This document shows, piece after piece, positions 20,001 through 30,407 of a DNA stretch of 57,297 nucleotides. Location of the stretch: contig CANQDX010000005.1 of the NCBI GenBank assembly GCA_947594065.1, positions 1 to 57,297 on the forward strand, in the 5' to 3' direction. The stretch's first letter is position 1, and each line of letters starts with the position of its first letter. The notes under the pieces are model-generated. The model was given only the letters and a program-made list of their open reading frames with translations, was not told the origin of the DNA and ran no database searches. Source of the stretch: an uncultured Clostridia bacterium. Its GTDB lineage: Bacteria; Bacillota; Clostridia; TANB77; CAG-508. The translations under genes and the position numbers were made by a program.

Positions 20001-21333
20001 TCGTGCTACTTCTAATGAATCAAAGGGAAATTATGAACTAAATAGAATCCCTTTTACAAAAAAAATGAAAAAAGATTATACTATTTTAGTACCACAGATG
20101 TTACCAATTCACTTTGATTTAATCACAAAAGCTGTAGAAGCAGATGGCTATAAGATAGAATATCTTCGTGACTGTACTCCAAATACTGTAGAAACAGGAT
20201 TAAAATATGTTAATAATGATGCGTGTTACCCTTCTATTTTAACAACTGGTCAATTTATAGAAGCTTTGCAATCGGGAAAATATGATCCAAATAAAACAGC
20301 AATTATTATGTCTCAAACAGGAGGAGGATGTCGTGCCACCAACTATATAGGATTCATTCGTAAAGCTTTAAAAGATGCTGGCTACCCACAAGTTCCTGTT
20401 ATATCATTTAATATAGTAGGAATGGAAAAAAATCCAGGCTTTAAATTAACTTTACCAATGCTTGAAAGATTATTAAAAGGTGTAATATTAGGCGATTTAC
20501 TTCAAAAAATGCTTATGAAAAACAGAGCTTATGAAATCAATAAAGGTGAATCACAAAAATTATTTGATTTTTGGATGGAAAAATGCAAAAAATTAGTAAA
20601 AAAATCTTCAAGTAATGAATTTAAAAAAGCTATTTATAAAATCGTAGATGATTTCGAAAAAATAGAATTAGATACATCAATTAAAAAACCAAAAGTAGGT
20701 ATTGTTGGAGAAGTATTAATTAAATATCATCCTTTTGGAAATAACTATGTAGCAGATATACTAGAAAAAGAAGGCGCCGAAGTTATTTTGCCTGATTTTA
20801 TGGGATTTATTAAATTTATGATGACTCATAAAGTAACTTTTAATAGCTTACTTAAAGTTGATAAAACAAAATCAGATATTTCTAAAATGGCTATTAAAGT
20901 AATCGATATACTAGAAAAAGATGTAAAGATTGCTTTATCTAAATCTAAAAAAGAATATTTGCCAGTTTGCGATATATGGCATTTAGAAAAACAAGTACAA
21001 GATGTTTTATCTATAGGAAATCAAACAGGAGAAGGATGGTTTTTAACAGCAGAAATGATAGAATATATAGAAAATGGTATTCCAAACATTATTTGTGTGC
21101 AACCTTTTGCTTGTTTACCAAATCACGTTGTTGGTAAAGGTGTTATTAAAACAATTAGAAAAAAATATCCTATTGCCAATATCTCCCCTGTTGATTATGA
21201 TCCAGGAGCAAGTGAATCAAATCAAACAAATAGAATTAAATTATTAATGACTGTTGCAAAAGATAATTTAAAATTAAGAGCAGAAAATTCCATTAATAAA
21301 AATAAAGAAAAAGAATTTGAAAAAATTAAATAA
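17023..21333 (+). CDS. Multidomain acyl-CoA dehydratase activase (two BadF/BcrAD ATPase domains plus DUF2229/dehydratase-like domains)
   Basis: GLDVGSTTVK and GIDAGSTTTK, MNGTCAGGTG, NEACSSGCG, QLNSFGCG and QPFACLPNH motifs. Confidence 0.9.
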   Translation: MSENILHVGLDVGSTTVKIVIMNNNLETIYTNYRRHFSDTKNTVCNVLEELVRDYADFKFTIALTGSGAMSAASFLNLPFIQEVVSCKRAVEKYIPQTDVVIELGGEDAKIIYFDKSIEQRMNGTCAGGTGAFLDQMASLLHTDTAGLNELAKNHNTIYPIASRCGVFAKTDIQPLINEGAAKEDIAASIFQAVVNQTISGLACGRPIRGKIAFLGGPLNYLSELRNRFIDTLNLKDDEIIIPEEAHLLVAKGAVLDSLSMEPISAQKLKSKIQVLRISKDNATEPLKPLFTTDAEYEQFKERHNKNKVPRKDLKTHEGDCFLGIDAGSTTTKIVLIDREGNLLYSLYGNNEGNPLGSVISMLKQLYLVLPEKAIIRYSGITGYGEKLIQTALNVDLNEIETIAHYTAAKKFMPNVTSIVDIGGQDMKYIKMKGDVIDNIMLNEACSSGCGSFIETFAKSLNLSISEFVEEALKSRRPVDLGSRCTVFMNSKIKQAQKEGYEVGDISAGLSYSVIKNAIQKVMKVRDVKTLGSHIVVQGGTFYNDAVLRAFELIVGRNVVRPDIAGLMGAYGVALLAEEQYEANFDMEYHSSILKTEELDNLDIKVTHTRCNLCENHCLLTINKFSNGKKYISGNRCEKGAGIISENQNLPNIMKYKYERLFNYTPLSESEATRGTIGIPRVLNMYEDYPFWFTFLTKLGFRVVLSEKSNRKTYEKGMESMPSESVCYPAKLSHGHIISLINAGITTIFYPCVPYSRKEFEKADNKYNCPIVISYSEVLKNNVEELKEKNITFLNPFLPFEPTALAKRILELPEFKKYNFNKKELIQAAISAEEEYQRCKADIRKKGEETVKYIEENNLRGIVLAGRPYHVDPEVNHGIDTLITSLGLCVLTEDSISHLAKLDKKLRVVNQWVYHSRLYAAAEFVGTHDNLELVQLNSFGCGVDAVTTDQVEEILSSFEKMYTLIKIDEINNLGAVRIRIRSLLASMNRRISNRATSNESKGNYELNRIPFTKKMKKDYTILVPQMLPIHFDLITKAVEADGYKIEYLRDCTPNTVETGLKYVNNDACYPSILTTGQFIEALQSGKYDPNKTAIIMSQTGGGCRATNYIGFIRKALKDAGYPQVPVISFNIVGMEKNPGFKLTLPMLERLLKGVILGDLLQKMLMKNRAYEINKGESQKLFDFWMEKCKKLVKKSSSNEFKKAIYKIVDDFEKIELDTSIKKPKVGIVGEVLIKYHPFGNNYVADILEKEGAEVILPDFMGFIKFMMTHKVTFNSLLKVDKTKSDISKMAIKVIDILEKDVKIALSKSKKEYLPVCDIWHLEKQVQDVLSIGNQTGEGWFLTAEMIEYIENGIPNIICVQPFACLPNHVVGKGVIKTIRKKYPIANISPVDYDPGASESNQTNRIKLLMTVAKDNLKLRAENSINKNKEKEFEKIK

Positions 21334-21337
21334 AAAA

Positions 21338-21390
21338 TAAATAAAAAATCTTTAATTTATTAGAATAAATTAAAGATTTTTTTATTTATT
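21338..21390 (+). terminator. Long AT-rich hairpin terminator
   Basis: AATAAATAAAAAATCTTTAATTTATT / AATAAATTAAAGATTTTTTTATTTATT inverted repeat immediately after the stop codon. Confidence 0.6.
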
Positions 21391-22223
21391 AATAATTTTA
21401 TAAATATTATTTTAAAAATTAAAATAATATAATTTAATTTTTTTATATTAAATTAATATTTTTAATAATAATTTTTTATTATATTTTATAATTAATAAAA
21501 AATTTATTATAAAAAAATAATTTTATTTTTATTAATTTAAAATTATTTATAAAAAAAATTAATTAATTATAAAAATTTAATTTTATTTTCTAATATTTTA
21601 TTTTTTTATTAAATCTTCTTTCAGTTTTATGTTTACTGTCTTTTTTTGATTTATGTTTACCTTTCAATTAATGTTTTTAATAAACGAGTACTTTGCTTTA
21701 TAAAATTTATTCTTTTTTTTGCCTTTTTGTTGAATTGTTTTTTTTTGATACGCTTTTATCTTTTAAATTTTAAAATTCGATTCTTCGTTTGCTTATTATA
21801 TCATTTTGCATCCAAAAGAGGCCTAAAAAAGTTTTCCACATTTTGTTTGAAAACATACGGTATGGCTTTCTTTTGGCTTTTGATTCTTCTTGTATCTCAC
21901 TTTAGAAACAGATAGGTTATAAAGGTTTGCTTCTCACATTTGATATACTAAATATGAATCTGATAGCTGAATTTCTACTTTTTCTTTCTACAATAAAGTA
22001 ATAGATTCTACAACTTTTATACTCTTAAGATATCTGTATAGTTATAAACATTCATTTTTGAAACTTTTATTGTTGATTTATTCTTGTTTTCTGCATCGTT
22101 TTCTTTAATCTACATTAACCTATTTACATTACCCTTTTTCTATCTGTACTTTTTATACTCATTTTCTCTTTGCCTCTATCTTCTTTTCTATACCCCTAAA
22201 ATGCCTATTAAAGCAAAAAAAAG

Positions 22224-22243
22224 TTATCCACAATTGTGTAAAA
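22224..22243. promoter_or_regulatory. DnaA boxes outside oriC
   Basis: Perfect TTATCCACA at 22224-22232 facing a relaxed TGTGTAAAA at 22235-22243; another TTTTCCACA at 21832-21840. Confidence 0.5.
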
Positions 22244-22834
22244 AGTCTATGGAATACAGGGCTTTTGAGCTTTTTACTATGCTCAAAATCGGCGTTCCAT
22301 TTTGTACTGTTTTTTTGTCAAATTTCTTGTAACTATTGTCCATATTTTTTGGCTAAAAGTAAATTGTCTTGTATCTTATTTTTTCTCTTTTTTACTTAAA
22401 ACTTATATTCATTTCTTCTTTTTTCATCTTCAATAAAGTTATAATCCTTCATTTTTTTGTATACATAATGTTTGTTTTTGTGTTTCATTATATTATATAA
22501 ATATTTTCATTAATTTTTAAAAAAATAATAAAATTTTGTGATTTTTTTGTTTTTATTTTAAAAAAATTTATTTATTTTATAAATTTTTTATTTTATTAAT
22601 TATTTTATTATATAAAATTATTAAATAAATAATTTTATTTTTAATATTTTTATTTTTAATAATTAAATTAATTATTGATTTTAAAATAAAATATATTTTT
22701 ATTCCTAATAATTAAATTAATTATTAATTTTAAAATAAATTATATTTTATTTTTATTATACTGTTTTATTTTATTATTTTTTATGGTATAATATAGACTG
22801 TGCTTTTCAAAATTGCATATATTAAACTAGAAAG

Positions 22835-23725
22835 ATGAGGATATTTATGAGAAATATAGATATAATAGCTGCTTGTTCAGATTTAGGTGTTCATATTAAT
22901 GGTAGTAATTTAGGTCCAAAAATATTATTAAAAAATATAAATAATTATGAAAATATTAAAAATATTAAAGAAATTAATTATGATTCAAATTATAAAAAAG
23001 AATATCAAATTGAAAATAAAAAGAAAAATTTAGAACAAATAAATTTATTTAATGCAAAATTATATAAAGAAGTGCAAAATACTATAGAAAATAATTCTTT
23101 TCCAATTACAATTGGTGGAGACCATAATATAGCAATTGCCTCTGCTTTAGCGTCTATCAGTAAAAATAATAATTTGGGTATTATATGGTTTGATGCACAC
23201 GGAGATTACAATACTTTTGAAACAACAACAACTGGAAATATTCACGGATTACCTTTTGCAGCAATTACTAATTATGAAAAAAAATTATTAACTACATTTC
23301 ATAATACTAATTTTTTTGCTCCCCAAAATGCAGTATTATTTGGAGCAAGAGATATCGATGAACCTTATGAAAAAAATAATTTATTAGATGCCGGTATTAC
23401 AATTATTACTACAGAAGATATAAAAAAATATGGTATAACAGAAATGGCAAAAAAAGCATTTGAAATTGCTTCTTCTGGAACAAATGGAATACATATTAGT
23501 TATGATTTAGATTGTATAAATCCTCAAATTGCTCCTGGAGTATCTGTCCCAGCTGTTGGTGGATTAAATTTAGAAGAAGCTTATGCATTTTTAAATGAGA
23601 TTATAAAAAATAAAGAAATAATTAAATCTATAGATTTAGTTGAATTTAATCCATTATTAGATATTAATCATAAAACAGAAAAAATTGCTACTTATATTTT
23701 AAATGAATTAATTAATAAATTATAA
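22835..23725 (+). CDS. rocF: Arginase
   Basis: GGDH, WFDAHGDYN, TGNIHG, SYDLDCINP and DLVEFNP motifs. The start may be ATG 22847. Confidence 0.9.
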   Translation: MRIFMRNIDIIAACSDLGVHINGSNLGPKILLKNINNYENIKNIKEINYDSNYKKEYQIENKKKNLEQINLFNAKLYKEVQNTIENNSFPITIGGDHNIAIASALASISKNNNLGIIWFDAHGDYNTFETTTTGNIHGLPFAAITNYEKKLLTTFHNTNFFAPQNAVLFGARDIDEPYEKNNLLDAGITIITTEDIKKYGITEMAKKAFEIASSGTNGIHISYDLDCINPQIAPGVSVPAVGGLNLEEAYAFLNEIIKNKEIIKSIDLVEFNPLLDINHKTEKIATYILNELINKL

Positions 23726-23951
23726 ATAATTTAATTAAATATATTTATTTATAAATTTAAATTACTTAAATTATTTTATTATTTTAATTATTTTAATTGA
23801 ATTTAATTAAATCTTAATTTTTATTTTTTAATTTATCTTTTGTAATTTAATTTTTATTTAATACATAAGCCTTGAATTTTTAAAATAATTCAAGGCTTAT
23901 AATTTTTTATTTATTTTTGTATTTATATTTATTTTAATTTTTAATATTTAA

Positions 23952-25463
23952 TTAATTATTTTTATCTAATTCCTTTAAATATTTTTTTGCACATTCAACA
24001 TCGGTTTTACAAGGTACATATTTTCCTTTTATATATTGAACAGTTTCATTTCCTTTTCCAGTAATTAAAATAACACTATTAGGTTTTGCTTCCAAAATTG
24101 CTTTTTTTATTGCTTGTTCTCTATCTACTATTATTTTATATTTTCCATTTTCCTTTTGAATATAAGTTGAAATTTCTTTACAAATTTCTTCTGGTTCCTC
24201 GTTTCTTGGATCTTCCATTGTTAAATAATTCATATTAGAATATTTCCCTGAAAGTTCACCTAAATCTTTTCTTCTATTTTGAGCGTGATTTCCTGGACAT
24301 CCAAAAACAGTAATAATTTCTCTTTGTGGATATTCTTTTATTGTTGATTCATATAATTTTTGAAAACTTAATTTATTGTGGGCATAATCTACAATAACAA
24401 CTACTTCTTGTTTTTTATCTGAATATACTTCCATTCTTCCGCTTGCTCTTGCCTTCTTTAATCCATCATAAATGTACTTATATGGCACTCCTAGCTCAGT
24501 AGTTACAGCAATTGCAGCTAAAGCATTTTCAACATTAAACAATCCTGGCATAGTTAATAATATATCTTCTTCAAAATATTTAGTTCTTACACGAAAAACA
24601 GTATTCATTCCTTCTTTTCTTATATTATATCCATATACATCCGCATTTTCAGTATTTCCAAAAGTAATTATTTTTTTTGATTTTTTTGCAGCTTCTAAAA
24701 CTCTATCTAAATCTGCTGTATTTAGATTAACAACTGCAGTTTCTGTTTGATCAAATAATTTTATTTTGGAAGTTAAATAATCTTCATAATCTTTGTGCTC
24801 TATATTACTTATATGATCTTCTGATATATTTAAAAAAACACCTATTTTATATAATATTCCATATACTCTTTCTATTTTCAAAGCTTGAGAACATACTTCC
24901 ATTACTAAATTTTCTATGTTTGAATCTACCGCATTTTTAATATGCATAAATAACTCTTCTGGCTCTGGCGTTGTTAAAACTGCTTCTTCGGTTGTTTTTC
25001 CATCGTATGTATCAATAGAAGAAATAATTGCAGTTTTTTCTTTATTTAATTCTTTCATATATTCATCTAAAATATATTTTATATAGTAAGAAGTAGTTGA
25101 TTTTCCTTTTGTTCCTGTTATTCCTATCATATTTATTTTATTTTGTGGAAAATCATTATACATTGCGCATAGAACTGCAATTGCTCTTCTAATATTATTT
25201 ACAAGAATATATGGCTTGTCCACCTCTTTATATTCTTTATCTGATATATACGCGATTGCACCATTATTAAATGAATCATTTAAATATTCTAATTTGAATT
25301 TTGCACCTTTGCATAAAAATAATGTATTTTTTGTAACTTTTCTAGAATCATAAGTTACATTATCAATTATTTTTTCTTTTAATTCTTCCGGAATTTTTTC
25401 CTCTATTAATAAATTTTCATTTTTTATTTTTTCAATATAATCAATTAATTTATTTTTTTTCAT
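23952..25463 (-). CDS. murE: UDP-MurNAc-L-Ala-D-Glu:diamino acid ligase
   Basis: DSRKV, GITGTKGKST, LTTPE, VDYAHN, VFGCPG and GKG motifs. The specificity motif reads EDPR rather than DNPR. Confidence 0.92.
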   Translation of the reverse strand: MKKNKLIDYIEKIKNENLLIEEKIPEELKEKIIDNVTYDSRKVTKNTLFLCKGAKFKLEYLNDSFNNGAIAYISDKEYKEVDKPYILVNNIRRAIAVLCAMYNDFPQNKINMIGITGTKGKSTTSYYIKYILDEYMKELNKEKTAIISSIDTYDGKTTEEAVLTTPEPEELFMHIKNAVDSNIENLVMEVCSQALKIERVYGILYKIGVFLNISEDHISNIEHKDYEDYLTSKIKLFDQTETAVVNLNTADLDRVLEAAKKSKKIITFGNTENADVYGYNIRKEGMNTVFRVRTKYFEEDILLTMPGLFNVENALAAIAVTTELGVPYKYIYDGLKKARASGRMEVYSDKKQEVVVIVDYAHNKLSFQKLYESTIKEYPQREIITVFGCPGNHAQNRRKDLGELSGKYSNMNYLTMEDPRNEEPEEICKEISTYIQKENGKYKIIVDREQAIKKAILEAKPNSVILITGKGNETVQYIKGKYVPCKTDVECAKKYLKELDKNN

Positions 25464-25692
25464 TTTTACCTCTTTATTTTTTTATATATTAATTATTTTT
25501 AATTTAATTAATTTTTATTTAATAATTTATAATCTTTTAATTATTTTATTTATTTTTAATTTAATTATTTTAAAATTATTTATATATATTTATTTTTTAA
25601 TTTATTTATTTTTTATTATTAATTTTTATTTATTTTAATAAATTATTTTTATTATTCAATTTTTATTTTTAAATTAATTATTTATTTAATTT

Positions 25693-26910
25693 TTAAAAAG
25701 TATATTTTTTATATTTTTTTATATAATTTAAATCGCGATAAAATATATATAATTTTCTTTTTATTTTATTATCTTTTTTATACTTCATAGGATTAACTAT
25801 TTTTTTATTTTTAATTAAATAATTAATTTCTTTTATTAAATTTTTATTTTTTATATATTTTTTTATAATTATTTTTGGAACGAAAGTTAATATTATTTTT
25901 TCTCTAATAATATAAAATTCTTTTTCCTTATTATAAATTAAATCATCAATTAAATATTCAACTAAATTATACCCTGTTGCTGTTAAATAATAACTACTTC
26001 TTGCTTGTCTAGGATTTATTTCTAATACCTTGTATTTTCCGTCTCTTTTATCATATTTTATATCAAATTCTGCAAAACCTTGATATCCTATTTTTTCTAA
26101 AAATTCTTTTAATCGATAAATTAATTCTTCTTTGTAGCCGTGTTCATCAAATCCATTTACAAGTACTGTACAATTTCCTATTCCTGTTGGTGTATGTTCT
26201 TGTAAGCCAATCTGTGCAAATGTTGCTAGTTGTGCTTTTTTATTTTTTCCAATATAAAATATAGAATCAAATAATGCTGAATCATCTCCAGGAATAAATT
26301 CTTGTATAATTAAATTTTTGTTATAGCCTGCATTTTCTATTTTTTTAATTACATTTATTAATTCTGATTCATTATAAACTTTATATACTTTGTCTAAAAC
26401 AATATCTAATTTATGATATTCTACGCCATCACTTGGCTTTATTATAATTGGGTATTCTTTAAATTTATCTTTAATTTTATTAATATTATCATTTTGATTG
26501 CAATGATATATTTCTGTTATAGGCATATCTAGGCCCATATTTTTATATATTTCATAAAAATTTTCTTTAATTAATAAATTATTTATAATATCAATATTAG
26601 GATAATTAAATATAAAATATTTTTGTAATAATTCTTTTTCTTCTGCAACCATTTTTACATATAAATCACTTGTTGCAATTAATAAAATATTATATTCTTT
26701 ATTTTTTTCTCCATATTCCATCAATGATTTTTTAAAAATATCTTTTTCATTAAAATTTGAAATAATAATTGAATTAGATATTGTTGTATATGGTATTGCC
26801 CTATTTCCAATTACGTCTGCTTTTTCTCCTGTTAATTCGTGGTAGCACCTAGACATATAATAAGCATTTATATCTGTTCCAATAATTAAAATTTTTATTT
26901 TTTCTTTCAT
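25693..26910 (-). CDS. ATP-grasp carboxylate-amine ligase (D-aspartate ligase-like)
   Basis: GTDINAYYMSRCYHE, PIIIKP, IIQEFIPGDDS, EHTPTGIGN and EINPRQARS motifs resemble the Asl family. Confidence 0.8.
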   Translation of the reverse strand: MKEKIKILIIGTDINAYYMSRCYHELTGEKADVIGNRAIPYTTISNSIIISNFNEKDIFKKSLMEYGEKNKEYNILLIATSDLYVKMVAEEKELLQKYFIFNYPNIDIINNLLIKENFYEIYKNMGLDMPITEIYHCNQNDNINKIKDKFKEYPIIIKPSDGVEYHKLDIVLDKVYKVYNESELINVIKKIENAGYNKNLIIQEFIPGDDSALFDSIFYIGKNKKAQLATFAQIGLQEHTPTGIGNCTVLVNGFDEHGYKEELIYRLKEFLEKIGYQGFAEFDIKYDKRDGKYKVLEINPRQARSSYYLTATGYNLVEYLIDDLIYNKEKEFYIIREKIILTFVPKIIIKKYIKNKNLIKEINYLIKNKKIVNPMKYKKDNKIKRKLYIFYRDLNYIKKYKKYTF

Positions 26911-26947
26911 TTTAATTTTTCCCTTCTAAAATATCATTATTCATATT

Positions 26948-28150
26948 TTATTTTCCTTCTTCAATTGCTATTAATTCATTATCTTTTACATAAGCTCTTG
27001 GAACATTTTTCCCAATATTACACAAAATTTCATAAATAGATGTTTCATTATGAATTGCTACTTCTTTTATTGGTATTTTATCCCCCATTAATGTTACCTT
27101 ATCATACATTTTAACAGTATCATCTATTTTTACAGCGCACATTCCCATACCTATATCGCCTATTAGTGAATATATTTTGTTGTTTATTTCTACATTTCTT
27201 CCTTTACTTTTTCTAAAAATACCATCGTCATAACCAACTGGCATAATACCGATTATTTCATTTTCTTTTGCTCTATAACCTGCTCCATATCCTACAAATT
27301 CACCTTTTTTTATTTCTTTTACTTGAATAATTTCACTATACATTTTAAAAGCTGGTTTTAATTCAAATGGCAACTCAGTAGATGTTTTACTAACTTTATT
27401 TTTCTTTTTATATATTTTTCTTTTTATTTCTCTTAATTTATTTTTTATTCCTTTTTTGTTTATTACTGGATTTGTATAATAGCCATACATTGCAATTCCA
27501 AGCCTTATGCCATTACAAAAATCTAACTTTGGATGATTAATAAATGCTGCACTTTTGTATAAATGCACAATTGGTATTTCTTTTAAATCTATATTTCTTG
27601 TTATTTCTTTAAAATTCTCTAGTTGATTATCCCATTCTTTATCATTAATTCCAAGAGTTGCAAAATGCGTAAAAATTCCTTCAATTTCTATATTTTCTTT
27701 TTCTTTTAACTGTTTATAAATTTCATCTAATTGTTTGTTTGACTTAAAACCTAGTCTATTCATCCCTGAATCTATTTTTAAGTGAATCTTTAACTTTGAA
27801 CTTAATTTTTTTTCTAATAATTCCTTTGCATAATCATAATCGTGAACTGTAATTGTTATATTGTTTTTTATGCAAATTTCCATATATTCTACTCTTATTG
27901 GTTCTAAGCATAATATAGGAATCTTTTTATTAATTTGTCTTGCTTCAAGTGCTTCTTCTAATGAAGAAACTGCTAAATAATTAATTCCACTATCTATTAA
28001 CTCATTAATTAAGTATGTAGTTCCGTGTCCATAGCAATTTCCTTTTACAACTCCAAAATAATATTGATAATTATTATAATAATTTACAATATTTTTAACA
28101 TTATTTTTCAAATTATCTATATTTACTTCTACATAAGTCTTTCTATACAT
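26948..28150 (-). CDS. alr: Alanine racemase family PLP enzyme
   Basis: VVKGNCYGHG, HLKIDSGMNRLG, GIFTHFA, VGYG and PVGYDDG motifs. Confidence 0.88.
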   Translation of the reverse strand: MYRKTYVEVNIDNLKNNVKNIVNYYNNYQYYFGVVKGNCYGHGTTYLINELIDSGINYLAVSSLEEALEARQINKKIPILCLEPIRVEYMEICIKNNITITVHDYDYAKELLEKKLSSKLKIHLKIDSGMNRLGFKSNKQLDEIYKQLKEKENIEIEGIFTHFATLGINDKEWDNQLENFKEITRNIDLKEIPIVHLYKSAAFINHPKLDFCNGIRLGIAMYGYYTNPVINKKGIKNKLREIKRKIYKKKNKVSKTSTELPFELKPAFKMYSEIIQVKEIKKGEFVGYGAGYRAKENEIIGIMPVGYDDGIFRKSKGRNVEINNKIYSLIGDIGMGMCAVKIDDTVKMYDKVTLMGDKIPIKEVAIHNETSIYEILCNIGKNVPRAYVKDNELIAIEEGK

Positions 28151-28257
28151 AATCTATCTCCTTTAACTTGGCTTTAAAAGCATTTTTATTATATCATTGT
28201 ATGCGTAAAATGTAAATAAATACAAAAAAGAACTTGTCAAATTTTAACAAGCTCTTT

Positions 28258-28348
28258 TGGCGGAACAGAGAGGATTTGAACCTCCGCGGCCCTTACGAAC
28301 CCTAGCAGTTTAGCAAACTGCCCCCTTCAACCACTTGGGTACTGCTCC
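28258..28348 (-). tRNA. tRNA-Ser(GCT)
   Basis: Long variable arm; anticodon arm GCAGT-TT-GCT-AA-ACTGC; ends GCCA. Confidence 0.96.
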
Positions 28349-28411
28349 ATTTTTATAACATAAAAGTGAATAATGATTTAGGTACACCTATTATTACTCA
28401 CTTTAATATAA

Positions 28412-28504
<93 letters not shown>

Positions 28505-28569
28505 AAATCAGTGACAATATATATCATAGCACAAAAAAACATATATTGTCAATAGAAATCTTTTCAATT

Positions 28570-29430
28570 TTACTTTATAAGCTCTAAAATTCTTGCTAAA
28601 TCATCATTTGTACTATATTGTATAATAATTTTTCCGCTTCTTTTTCCTGCATCGACCTTTACTTTTGTTCCAAAGAAACTTTGGAAGGTATCTTCCACAT
28701 CATTACATATTGCTACATATCTTTGATCTATTTTTTTAGCTTTGCTTCTTTGTGTTTTTCTTTCTATGTCTCTTACGCTTCTTCCAGACTCTATTAATTT
28801 CATTGCTTCTGAAAATTGTTTATCTTTGTCTTCATAAGCAAGTAATGCTCTGCAATGTCCTTCTGTTAATTTACCCTGTTTTGCTAATTCTAATACTCTT
28901 TCATCTAAATTTAAAATTCTTAACGTATTTGCAACACCACTTCTACTCTTGCCTATTGTATCTGCAACTTCCTGTTGAGTTAAATGATATTCCTCCATCA
29001 ACAACTTAATTCCCATTGCTTTTTCTACTGCATTTAAGTCTTCTCTTTGTATATTTTCAATCAATGATATTTCTTTATTTTCTCTTTCGTTATCTTCTCT
29101 TACAATTGCTTTAATTGTAGTTAAGCCAGCTTTTTTAGATGCTCTCCATCTTCTTTCTCCTGCCACAATTTGATAATACCCCTCTTGTTTTGTAACAATA
29201 ATAGGTTGTATTAGTCCATATTTCTTAATAGACTCTGCTAATTCTTCTAATGCTTCCTCATCAAATCTTTTTCTTGGTTGATTTCTATTTGGCTCAACCT
29301 CTGTTATTTTCAAAGTTTGAATAACTTCACCATCTATTTTTTTTGCTTCTACTTCCTCTACCTCTTCTTTATCAATTGTTTCAGAAAATAGTGCATTTAA
29401 TCCTTTTCCAAGACCTGTTTTTTTCGCCAT
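28570..29430 (-). CDS. parB: Chromosome partitioning protein ParB/Spo0J
   Basis: GLGKGLNAL, QPRK, GERRWRA and ENIQREDL motifs plus HTH. Confidence 0.96.
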   Translation of the reverse strand: MAKKTGLGKGLNALFSETIDKEEVEEVEAKKIDGEVIQTLKITEVEPNRNQPRKRFDEEALEELAESIKKYGLIQPIIVTKQEGYYQIVAGERRWRASKKAGLTTIKAIVREDNERENKEISLIENIQREDLNAVEKAMGIKLLMEEYHLTQQEVADTIGKSRSGVANTLRILNLDERVLELAKQGKLTEGHCRALLAYEDKDKQFSEAMKLIESGRSVRDIERKTQRSKAKKIDQRYVAICNDVEDTFQSFFGTKVKVDAGKRSGKIIIQYSTNDDLARILELIK

Positions 29431-29448
29431 TTATATTTTCCCCCTTTA

Positions 29449-30234
29449 TTATTTCATATGTTTAGCTTTTTGCTCATCATTATTTTTAATTAATTCTCTT
29501 CCCAGTTTATCGTAACACTTTGCGCCTTTTGAATGAGAATCATAAATTGTAATTGGCATTCCATAACTTGGTGCTTCGCTTAATTTTACGTTTCTCGGAA
29601 TAACCGTTTTATACACCTTATCTCCAAAATATCCCTTTACTTCATCTACAACTTGTTTTGAAAGGTTTGTCCTCGTGTCAAACATAGTAAGTAATGCTCC
29701 TTCAATCTCCAAATCTTTATTTAAATGTTTTTTTACTAATTTAATAGTGTTTAAAAGCTGTCCTAGTCCTTCTAATGCATAATATTCGCATTGCACAGGA
29801 ATTAATACGCTGTCAGATGCTGTAAAAGCATTTAAAGTAATTAATCCTAATGAAGGAGGACAATCAATAATAATATAATCATAATTATCTTTTATTTCAT
29901 CTAGCTTTTCTTTTAATCTCATTTCTCTAGACATCATTGAAACAAGCTCTACTTCTGCCCCAGCTAAATTGATATTTGAAGGACACAAACTTAAATTTTT
30001 TACATCCGTTTTTACAATAGCCTCTTCCATTGCCATATCTTCAATTAATACATTATAAATGGATTTTTCTAGTTCTTTCTTTGCTCCTACTCCACTTGTA
30101 GCATTTCCTTGGGGATCTGTGTCTATTAGTAATGTTCTTTTGTTTTTCTTTGCTAAAACTGTACTTAAATTGATTGCTGTTGTAGTCTTTCCAACTCCGC
30201 CCTTTTGATTTGCAACTGATATTACTTTTCCCAA
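29449..30234 (-). CDS. parA: Chromosome partitioning ATPase ParA/Soj
   Basis: NQKGGVGKTT, DPQGNAT and DCPPSLG motifs; TTG start after AGGAGG. Confidence 0.96.
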   Translation of the reverse strand: MGKVISVANQKGGVGKTTTAINLSTVLAKKNKRTLLIDTDPQGNATSGVGAKKELEKSIYNVLIEDMAMEEAIVKTDVKNLSLCPSNINLAGAEVELVSMMSREMRLKEKLDEIKDNYDYIIIDCPPSLGLITLNAFTASDSVLIPVQCEYYALEGLGQLLNTIKLVKKHLNKDLEIEGALLTMFDTRTNLSKQVVDEVKGYFGDKVYKTVIPRNVKLSEAPSYGMPITIYDSHSKGAKCYDKLGRELIKNNDEQKAKHMK

Positions 30235-30407
30235 TTTTATTCCTCCTATGAACAAAGTTATCTTTATTTTATAAAGAATGACATATTAATAATATAAAAT
30301 TATTTTTAATATGTCAATGTGTTTTTTGATTTTATTTTTTGTTTCACAACAAACTCTTTGTCCGCTTCCGGTGATTTATTAAACTTTCTATTTTATAAAT
30401 TTTTAAT

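Noticed and set aside
21646..22332. ORFs 21646-21915 and 22084-22332 (+)
   Set aside because: Phe/Leu-rich products of T-skewed DNA with TTG starts and no RBS; probably not genes.
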